The notes under the pieces were generated by a model that did not search any database, was not told the DNA's origin, and worked only from the letters and a program-made list of their open reading frames with translations. The position numbers and the translations under genes are program-made. From Polyangiales bacterium (lineage in GTDB: Bacteria; Myxococcota_A; Polyangia; Polyangiales; Ga0077539), in assembly GCA_044229975.1 (NCBI GenBank), contig JBGARZ010000001.1:800001-864000 (forward strand): a stretch of 64,000 bases of DNA, given 5' to 3'. Positions 57,138-64,000 of this stretch are shown one piece after another. Positions within the stretch are counted from its first letter, which is position 1. Every line of letters starts with the position of its first letter.

Positions 57138-58106
57138 GTGTATCCGCGCCTGACGCCGCTGCTCGTGGCCGCGGTAGGGCTGTGGGCCTGTCGCAGTGTT
57201 CCGCCCGTGGTGACGGTGGCGCCCAACGCACCCGCCATGGATCAGCCCCCGGCCGAGCCCGTCGCGACCGAGCCCATCGCGACCGTGCCCGCGGCGCCTC
57301 CACACGACGTCGCGGCGCCCATCCCGACGTCGCTCTGTGCGCAGCTCGCGGCGACCACCGAGGCCGCGCTCACGAGAGCCGTCCCGGGCCCGGCGCACCC
57401 GGCGGCGGAGCACCTGCGCTCGATCGACGACCTGCGAAACAGCAGCGCGTCGGCGGTGCTCGAGGCCCTGCGATGCGTCGAGGCCGAGGGAGCCGCCTGG
57501 GGCCTGGTCGTCGAGGACGCGCGGGTCAGCGACGGAGGTTGCTACACGAGCGGCTGCGAGTTCTTGCAAGCGCGGGTGGCCTTCGCGCGGCTCGGAGCCG
57601 ACGGCGTGCGGACGACGGTGCCCTTCCGCTACGGCGTGAGCGGCAACGACGAGGTGCTCGCAGGGTCCAACTGCTGCGCGATCTACGGCGTGTTCGAGGT
57701 CGACGCGCTGCGCGTGTGGCGCGGCGACGACGGCGCGCCGCGGGTGCTGCTGCACACCACCCAGGAAGGCAACGAGGGGCACCACGTCGAGAGCGCGGCC
57801 CTGTGGCGCTTCGTCGACGGGCGCTTCGAGCCCGCGTCGATGCCGGGCCGCGCGGCGGTGCAGTTGGAGTCCCGCGGCTCGTGGCTCTTCGACGCCCAGG
57901 ACGTCAACGGCGACGGTCGCCGCGACCTCCTGATGCGCATCTGGAGACGCGAGGTGTGCAGTCCCGACAGCGGGTTCTGTGGCGTGGTCGCGGGCCCCGG
58001 GCGATGGCTTCGATCGCTGCCGGGTGACCGCTGGGCAGCCCCGGCTCCGTGGCCCCGCAGGTGGCGCCCGGAGCCGCCGTTCTCGCGCTCGTCGTCCGGC
58101 GAGTGA
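57138..58106 (+). CDS. Hypothetical lipoprotein with DxNxDG (FG-GAP-like) motif
   Basis: VYPRLTPLLVAAVGLWAC lipobox; Pro-rich linker; QDVNGDGRRDLL. Confidence 0.68.
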   Translation: MYPRLTPLLVAAVGLWACRSVPPVVTVAPNAPAMDQPPAEPVATEPIATVPAAPPHDVAAPIPTSLCAQLAATTEAALTRAVPGPAHPAAEHLRSIDDLRNSSASAVLEALRCVEAEGAAWGLVVEDARVSDGGCYTSGCEFLQARVAFARLGADGVRTTVPFRYGVSGNDEVLAGSNCCAIYGVFEVDALRVWRGDDGAPRVLLHTTQEGNEGHHVESAALWRFVDGRFEPASMPGRAAVQLESRGSWLFDAQDVNGDGRRDLLMRIWRREVCSPDSGFCGVVAGPGRWLRSLPGDRWAAPAPWPRRWRPEPPFSRSSSGE

Positions 58107-58180
58107 CATCGAAGTCGGCAGCACCCGCGACGACGCACGGCGTACCATCGCGTCCCATGTCGAACTGGATGGAGCCCCCG

Positions 58181-58591
58181 ATGAAGACCCGCGTGGCACT
58201 CGCTCTGCTCACACCGCTCGCGCTCGCGGGGACAGCCCTCGCGCAACGAGGCAGCCCTCGCACACCGCAGGTCCGGATGGGGGCGACGCAGGTGAGCGGG
58301 CGGCTCCCCCCTGAGGTCATCCAGCGCATCGTGCGGCAGAACTTCGGGCGCTTCCGGCTCTGCTACGAGAACGGCCTGCGCAACAACCGCAACCTCCAGG
58401 GACGCGTCTCCGTGCGCTTCGTCATCGGCCGCGACGGCGCCGTCTCGAACGTCGGCAACGGCGGCAGCGACATGCCCGACAGCGGCGTCGTTTCGTGTGT
58501 GGTGCGGGCGTTCTACGGGCTCTCGTTTCCGCAGCCCGAGGGGGGCATCGTGACGGTGACGTACCCGATCATGTTCTCGCCCGGCGGCTGA
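58181..58591 (+). CDS. Secreted stand-alone AgmX/PglI C-terminal domain protein
   Basis: Signal MKTRVALALLTPLALAGTALAQ; GRLPPEVIQRIVRQNFGRFRLCYENGLR..LQGRVSVRFVIGRDG...SFPQPEGGIVTVTYPIMF. Confidence 0.88.
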   Translation: MKTRVALALLTPLALAGTALAQRGSPRTPQVRMGATQVSGRLPPEVIQRIVRQNFGRFRLCYENGLRNNRNLQGRVSVRFVIGRDGAVSNVGNGGSDMPDSGVVSCVVRAFYGLSFPQPEGGIVTVTYPIMFSPGG

Positions 58592-58732
58592 GCGCTGCGC
58601 GGCTCCGCCCTGCCGTGGGCGTCCGCGCGTCGAGCGAGACGAAGCGCTGTATCCGCGGCCCCGCGCCTGCGTATGGTGTGGCCGCTCGGTGCGTGCCGCT
58701 GGATGGCACGACCGCACCACGAGAGACACTGC

Positions 58733-59605
58733 ATGAACTTCTGGGATCGCACCTGGGCCCTCACCCGCATGACCTTCGACGTCATCCGGAAGGACCGTGA
58801 GATGCTGCTCTTTCCCCTCATCGCCGGGGTGCTGTCGGCGGCCTTCAGCGCCGCGATGCTCTTCCCGACCATCCTCTCGCACCTCCTGGAGGGCGCCGGG
58901 GCGTCGGCCATGGTGTGGGGGCCGCTGCAATACGCGGCCATGTTCGGGACGTACTTCGGCCTCGCCTTCATCGCGACCTTCGCCAACGTCTGCGTGGTGT
59001 ACACGACCAAGGTTCGCCTCGAAGGCGGCGACGCGACCTTCGGTGACAGCGTGGGCTTCGCGTTCTCGCGCATCGGCCGCATCGCCGGGTGGAGCCTCGT
59101 GTCGGCGAGCGTCGGGATGTTTCTCCGCGCGCTGGAAAACGCCGCGCAAAACGCCAAGGGCATCGGCGGCATCCTGCTGTCCATCCTCCGGGCGGTCCTC
59201 GCCACGGCGTGGACGGTCGTCACGCTCTTCGTCGTGCCCGCGATGGTGTACCGCGACCTCGGGCCCATCGACGCGATCTCGTCCTCCATGCAGACCCTGA
59301 AGGCGACCTGGGGCGAGAGCATCGTGCGCCACTACGGCATGGGCCTGGCGTCGTTTGTCTTCTACCTCCTGGGCGTGCTCGGGGTGATCGGCGTGGTGAT
59401 GGGCCTCGGCGCGGGCCTGCCGCCCGTGGTGGGCATCGCCGCCCTCGTGGTGCTCGGCCTCTACCTCCTCGGGGTCGCGCTGGTGTTCGGCGTCGCCAAC
59501 TCCGTCTACAACACCGCCCTCTACCACTACGCCGCCACCGGCCAGGTTCCCGCCGGCTACGAGCCCTCGTTCGTGCAGGGCGCCTTCCGCCCCGCCAACG
59601 CCTGA
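58733..59605 (+). CDS. DUF6159-like membrane protein
   Basis: TWALTRMTFDVIRKDREMLLFP, IAGWSLVSASVG, AWTVVTLFVVP, KATWGE, ALYHYAATG. Confidence 0.78.
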   Translation: MNFWDRTWALTRMTFDVIRKDREMLLFPLIAGVLSAAFSAAMLFPTILSHLLEGAGASAMVWGPLQYAAMFGTYFGLAFIATFANVCVVYTTKVRLEGGDATFGDSVGFAFSRIGRIAGWSLVSASVGMFLRALENAAQNAKGIGGILLSILRAVLATAWTVVTLFVVPAMVYRDLGPIDAISSSMQTLKATWGESIVRHYGMGLASFVFYLLGVLGVIGVVMGLGAGLPPVVGIAALVVLGLYLLGVALVFGVANSVYNTALYHYAATGQVPAGYEPSFVQGAFRPANA

Positions 59606-59654
59606 CCGAGACCCACCGCCGCGCGCGTCTCGACCTGGGACACCGGGGAGCCGC

Positions 59655-60302
59655 TCAGGACACTCCCTCCGCCGCGGGCTCAACGCGCGCCGCGCTCGCG
59701 AGGAGCAGCGCGGCGCCCGCGGCGAGCCACAGGCCACCGAGCCCGACGAGCCGATGAGCGAGTGCGCCCGCCGCGGCTCCCACCACCAGACCGGCCCACA
59801 GCAGCGCGTACGGCACCCAGGCCAAGCGCTCCCCGCCGCTGAGCGCAGTCGCGAGGCGCTGGCCGAGCTTCACGAGGGTGCCGGTCATGTACGTCACGCC
59901 GATGCTCACCTCGCCGTCGCGTTGGAAGACCGCGTTCTCGGCGCCCATCGCCATCGCCATGACCGCGGCCGCGGCGCGCGGCGCAGCGCCTGCGGCCAGC
60001 AGGGCCGCCGCCGCGAGCAGCGACGCGACGACGAGGAGCACGGCCGCCCGACGACGCGGGCCCGCCGCACGGCCGACGAGGGTCCCGCCGGTGACCCCGA
60101 GCACGAACGCGCCCACGAGCGACGTCGCCTGCACCGCCGCCCCTGCCCCCGTCACGAGGCCCACGCCGACCCGCGTGGAGTTGCCGCTCATGAAGCTCAC
60201 GAAGAAGCCGTCGAGTGACAGGAAGCCCAGCGCGTCGACGTAGCCCGCGAGCGCCGAGAGGCAAATAGCGAAGAGACGGTCGCGGCGGTCGGTCCGGGTC
60301 AC
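59655..60302 (-). CDS. YoaK / DUF1275 family membrane protein
   Basis: LAGYVDALGF..FVSFMSGNST..AMGAENA..TYMTGTLV. Confidence 0.9.
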   Translation of the reverse strand: MTRTDRRDRLFAICLSALAGYVDALGFLSLDGFFVSFMSGNSTRVGVGLVTGAGAAVQATSLVGAFVLGVTGGTLVGRAAGPRRRAAVLLVVASLLAAAALLAAGAAPRAAAAVMAMAMGAENAVFQRDGEVSIGVTYMTGTLVKLGQRLATALSGGERLAWVPYALLWAGLVVGAAAGALAHRLVGLGGLWLAAGAALLLASAARVEPAAEGVS

Positions 60303-60627
60303 GCCGGAGGGGTACCGCCAAGGCCCTCCGATGGCGAGAGGTTGTGTCTCCCCCTGCGGTCACCATCGACCGCGGTGAGGCTGCCAGCGAGCGTGAGCGT
60401 CTCCTCCAGCGCCCACGCGTCGCCTCGTCCGCAACCCCCTCCTCCGCTCACGTCACCCTCCCCTCCGGGTGCCATCAACGGTCCCCTTCGTCGTCGGAGG
60501 AGGAATCGTCATCCACCCGGAAACCTCCCCTCCACCCCCCTCCGATACATGCGCAGACCACGTGAACCGTGGCCTCCGGACCCGGGATCCTCCCCTCCGG
60601 TCGTCTGCACCCCATCGGAGTCACGCC

Positions 60628-61432
60628 ATGACCGACCAGTACATCGACAACGCCGCCGCCCAGATCTACGGCCCCACGCTCTGCGCCAACATCCAGCGCC
60701 TGCTCGGCCGCGAGCTCGCCGACGTCCCGGCTCCCCTGCAGGGGACCCTCCGCTACGTCATGCAGCGCCAGTCCGAGGCCGACGGCCTCATCGTCACCGC
60801 GCTCGGTGCCGCCCGCGCGCGGGTCTCCTCCCTTTCCGCCGCGGCCGAGGCCAAGGCTCCCGTCCTCGTCGACGCGCGCAAGGCGATGCGCTCCCTCTGG
60901 AAGCTCCTCGACGCCCGCCGCGAGAGTGGCCAATGGACCGGCGACCTGGCGCTCTTCTTTCCCGACGGCCTCGGCGGCATCCCGAAGTTCGGGCGCACGC
61001 TCCTCCCCGCGATGCGCGCCACCCTCGCCGCCCTCCGCGCCGACGCCACGGTCCCCGAGCGCGCGGAGCAGCTTCGACGGCTCACCCGCGCCGAGCAGTC
61101 CCTCGCCGCCCACGTCGGCACCACCCAGGACGCCCACCACGAGGCCCGCGGCGTCCTCTCCGAGCAGGCCGCCGAGAAGCTCGCGTGGCTCGTCACCTAC
61201 CGCGGCAACGTCCTGCTCGTCGAAGGGGCGCTCGCCCACGCCGGGCGCCTCGATCTGCTGACCACGACGGTTCCGCACCTCGCGGTCCGCGACGGGTCGG
61301 CGAAGCCCGCCGCGCCCGTCGACGGCCGGACCTGCGCCGATCGATCTGCTGACCACGACGGTTCCGCACCTCGCGGTCCGCGACGGGTCGGCGAAGCCCG
61401 CCGCGCCCGTCGAGCCCGCGCCCGTCGGGTGA
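60628..61432 (+). CDS. Hypothetical alpha-helical protein; 3' end disrupted by a 91-bp out-of-frame duplication
   Basis: GGAG SD and ATG60628 (MTDQYIDNAAAQIYG). Removing one repeat unit restores a short end KPAAPVEPAPVG* at TGA 61430-61432. Confidence 0.65.
61250..61413 (+). repeat. Exact 73-bp direct repeat (61250-61322 and 61341-61413)
   Basis: TCGATCTGCTGACCACGACGGTTCC...CCGCGCCCGTCGA occurs twice with an 18-nt spacer. Confidence 0.93.
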
Positions 61433-61530
61433 CGCGACGGCCGCTCCCTCCCTCCTTCCGACCTGCGCCCTCGATCAGCTCCAATCTTCGACGCGACGCC
61501 AGCTCATGGCACCGGGTGGAGTTTCCTGAC

Positions 61531-61605
61531 GTTCGGAGTCGGCGGTGGCGTCGTGGTCCCATGGCGCCACCGCCGCTCGCGCCCTCGCCACCGCCTACTC
61601 CGAAC
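61531..61605. repeat. Nested inverted repeats (alternative hairpins)
   Basis: GTTCGGAGTCGGCGGTGGCG pairs with CGCCACCGCCTACTCCGAAC (61586-61605, one mismatch), or its 3' half pairs with CGCCACCGCCG (61565-61575). Confidence 0.7.
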
Positions 61606-61642
61606 CTCGGGTGGCGCAGTGTGCTGGAATGGGCTCTCGGTC

Positions 61643-62206
61643 ATGGAGCCCGCAGAGATCACCCTACCCGACGCCTGCGTGTGGATGCAGCGGCGGTGGT
61701 TGAAGCCAGCGCCCGTGATGACGGCCATCGGTGTTCTCGTGATCGCCAGCATTGCGAGGAGCACGTCGGTGTTCCTCTGGATCGGCGTCGTCGCGTCGGT
61801 GGTGTTGCTCGCCGAGCACTTCCAGCTCTGACGCCATCGGCTCACCACGGTGCACATGGATCGCGACGGCGTGCGCTTCGTCGACCGCGCCACGGCCACC
61901 GAGGAGCTCATCGCGATCAGAGACGTCGCGCGGGTGAGCGTCCGGCAAGGGTCGCGATCGTTCGAGTTGCTGATTGAACCGAAGGCCGGTCCGGCCTGGG
62001 TGGCCTCGCTCTCGCCGACGCTGGCAGCGCCAACGACCTTCGGCATCGAGTGCTCCTCGCTTCTCGGCCTCGGTCCCGACAAGCGGTTGATGGAGTTCCG
62101 AAACCCGACGCCTGTTCCGCGCTTCGTGGTCTCGTGGGCGATCGGCGCGCTGCTGGGCAGCCTCATCGGCGGCACCATCATCAGCTTAGCAAGCTCGGCA
62201 CCGTGA
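61643..62206 (+). pseudogene. Membrane protein interrupted by an in-frame TGA
   Basis: MEPAEIT...VVLLAEHFQL-TGA(61829)-RHRLTTVHMDRDGVRFV... continues in the same frame to a C-terminal TM. Confidence 0.6.
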
Positions 62207-62248
62207 CGTCCGTAGCGGGTGACTGACATAGTTCGCACCACCACGACC

Positions 62249-63505
62249 ATGGACCTCCGACTCCAACAGCTCGCCCACCTCGACCCGCGCGCGGTGCCCC
62301 TCCCCCACGGCACCGAAGTGACCACCCGCGTCGACCGCGCGTGTGGTGAGCGCATGATCTCGCAGGGCGCCGTCGGCCGCGTGGTGAAGGTCGCGGGCGA
62401 CGACGTCGACGTGCTCGTGGTGGGCATCGGGACGGTGCGCTTCGCCCGCAGCGAGCTCACGCCCCGCAAGGTGGGCCAGGCGCAGTTTGCCCATCGCCGC
62501 GCGACGGCGTGGTCGGCGCTGCACGGCTGCGTGGTGCTGGAGACCGTCGTCGGGTCGCGCGCCTGGGGTCTCTCCGACGAGGGCTCGGACACCGACCTGC
62601 GCGGGGTCTTCGCGCTGCCGCTCCCATGGACCCATGGGCTCGTCGAGGCGCCCGCCGACCTCGTGAGCACCGACGGCAGCGCGAGCTACTGGCGCATCGA
62701 CAAGGCCGTGCGACAGGCGTTGCGCGCCGACCCCAACACCCTGGAGGCGCTCTTCGTCCCGGGAGCCCGCGCGCTCGACCCCATCGGCGAGTGGCTGCTG
62801 GCCGCGCGGGAGTCGCTGGTGTCGTCGGAGATCCACGGGAGCTTCGGCCGCTACGCGCTCTCGCAGTTGAAGCGGCTGGAGCAGTCGCAGCGCCTCGCCG
62901 CCCACCGCGACGCCGTGCTCGGCTGGCTGCGCGTCGACCCCGACCTGACCCTCGACGCCGTCGCGACGCGGCTGGCGGCGGCGTTTCCACGGGCGACGCC
63001 CACCGAGGCCGACGCGCTGCACCAGGCCAAGCAGTACGTGAAGCAGCTCTACCGATCGCTGCACGACCAGGGGCTCATCGCGTCGAACGAGTTCGTCGCG
63101 ATGGCGCGCTTCGCCCACGACGACCCGTCGGCCCTGGAGCTGCCGCGCGAGCTGCGCCCCAAGAACGCCTACAACCTCCTGCGCCTCATCGTCACGGCGA
63201 CCGACTGGCTGCGCACGGGCGCGCCGACCTTCGCGGCGAGCGGGGCCTTCCGCGAGCGGCTGCTCGACGTGAAGAAGGGAAGGGTTCCGCTGGCGGAGGT
63301 GCTGGCCGAGGCGGAGGCGCTGGCGCCTGCGCTCGAAGAGGCGCGGCTGACGACGAAGCTGCCGGCGCACCCCGACGTAGCCGTGGCCGACGCGCTGCTG
63401 CGACGGGTGGGCGCGGAGGTCGCACGGCGCTCGGTCGTGGGGGTGGAGGGTCCGTTCGGGCGCGACGCACCGGAGCCTCCGGAGGTCGTATGGGATCAGG
63501 GATGA
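62249..63505 (+). CDS. Pol-beta-superfamily nucleotidyltransferase (RlaP/YcgL-like) with N-terminal SH3/KOW-like domain
   Basis: VVGSRAWGLSDEGSDTDLRGVF (GS...DxD), ADPNTLEAL, FGRYALSQLKRL, KNAYNLLRL, RERLLDVKKG. Confidence 0.85.
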   Translation: MDLRLQQLAHLDPRAVPLPHGTEVTTRVDRACGERMISQGAVGRVVKVAGDDVDVLVVGIGTVRFARSELTPRKVGQAQFAHRRATAWSALHGCVVLETVVGSRAWGLSDEGSDTDLRGVFALPLPWTHGLVEAPADLVSTDGSASYWRIDKAVRQALRADPNTLEALFVPGARALDPIGEWLLAARESLVSSEIHGSFGRYALSQLKRLEQSQRLAAHRDAVLGWLRVDPDLTLDAVATRLAAAFPRATPTEADALHQAKQYVKQLYRSLHDQGLIASNEFVAMARFAHDDPSALELPRELRPKNAYNLLRLIVTATDWLRTGAPTFAASGAFRERLLDVKKGRVPLAEVLAEAEALAPALEEARLTTKLPAHPDVAVADALLRRVGAEVARRSVVGVEGPFGRDAPEPPEVVWDQG

Positions 63506-63512
63506 GCGCCGC

Positions 63513-64000
63513 TCACGGCATCGGGTGGCGCTCGAAGAAGTCGAGCAGGTAGGGCGTCGCGTCGAGGTCGCGGCTGGTGATGCCACCGAGCAGCGACACG
63601 TCCCCGCCGGGCCAGGTGTGGCCGCCGCCTGCGAGCGTGCAGAGCATCACCTCCGCGCCGCCCGCGCAGTCCGCAAACGACACACAGCGGGCGTCGCCCC
63701 GACGAAGCACCTCTCGCGCGCTGGTGCCGCAGCCGTCGCGCATGGCCCACGCCCGGATGGAGTCGTTGACGTTGCTGTACCCGAGGAGGGGACTGCCGCC
63801 GTACGGCACCACGAGGTCGGCGTCGCCGTGGAAGTGCAGCACCGGCACCGGGCGCGGCGGCGTGCAGGTGGGCATCCCGTTGACGCCCGACACCGGAGCA
63901 ATGGCGGCGATGCGGTCGGAGAGCTCGCACGCGAGGCGGTGGGAGAGGAACGCCCCGTTGCTGAAGCCCGTGGCGAAGACGCGCCGCGGGTCGACGCAGA
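63513..64000 (-). CDS. PHB-depolymerase/LpqC-like alpha/beta hydrolase (5' truncated by the window edge)
   Basis: VDPRRVFATGFSNGAFLSHRLACELSDRIAAIAPVSG, HFHGDADLVVPY, GGGHTWPGG. Confidence 0.9.
   Translation of the reverse strand, partial: CVDPRRVFATGFSNGAFLSHRLACELSDRIAAIAPVSGVNGMPTCTPPRPVPVLHFHGDADLVVPYGGSPLLGYSNVNDSIRAWAMRDGCGTSAREVLRRGDARCVSFADCAGGAEVMLCTLAGGGHTWPGGDVSLLGGITSRDLDATPYLLDFFERHPMP

Noticed and set aside
61250..61413. CRISPR array
   Set aside because: There are only two copies, the 73-bp unit is too long, the spacer is 18 nt, it lies within a CDS end, and no cas genes are present.
61829..61870. Selenocysteine recoding of the in-frame TGA
   Set aside because: No Cys/redox context and no convincing bacterial SECIS hairpin downstream.
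61432..61977. C-terminal extension of ORF 60469-61977 as real coding sequence
   Set aside because: It arises from the frameshift caused by the 91-bp duplication; it is Arg/Pro-rich and overlaps the next gene.

Overview
This is a very GC-rich bacterial chromosome window, most likely from a Myxococcota (Polyangiales-like) organism. The lineage is inferred from MYXO-CTERM surface proteins, AgmX/PglI C-terminal-domain proteins, Ser/Thr kinases, many Cys-rich or acidic-linker lipoproteins and a kinase-fused sigma54 activator. About 50 CDS can be supported; I found no rRNA, tRNA, CRISPR array or transposase. The standout is a two-gene locus at 52217-54621. It encodes a miniaturised, split paralog of the RNA polymerase beta' subunit (RpoC) whose NADFDGD active site is destroyed, while the secondary-channel rim helices, all four structural Zn cysteines, the TFHI trigger-loop tip and the jaw/SI3-like region are kept. 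Other notable items: (1) a putative sigma54 circuit of pseudo-HtrA, kinase-NTPase-TPR-GAF activator, sigma54 promoter and twin lipoproteins; (2) a Septu/PtuAB-like ATPase+HNH pair followed by a DEDDh exonuclease; (3) a tandem pair of AlkB-like 2OG-Fe(II) oxygenases; (4) an orphan VgrG between a kinase and a pseudokinase; (5) a recurring extended -10 motif just upstream of start codons, suggesting leaderless mRNAs; (6) a dispersed REP-like inverted-repeat family; (7) several local disruptions (a 73-bp duplication, an in-frame stop, an internal deletion). All family assignments come from motifs recognised by eye, and reference sequences are quoted from memory. No database search was run.
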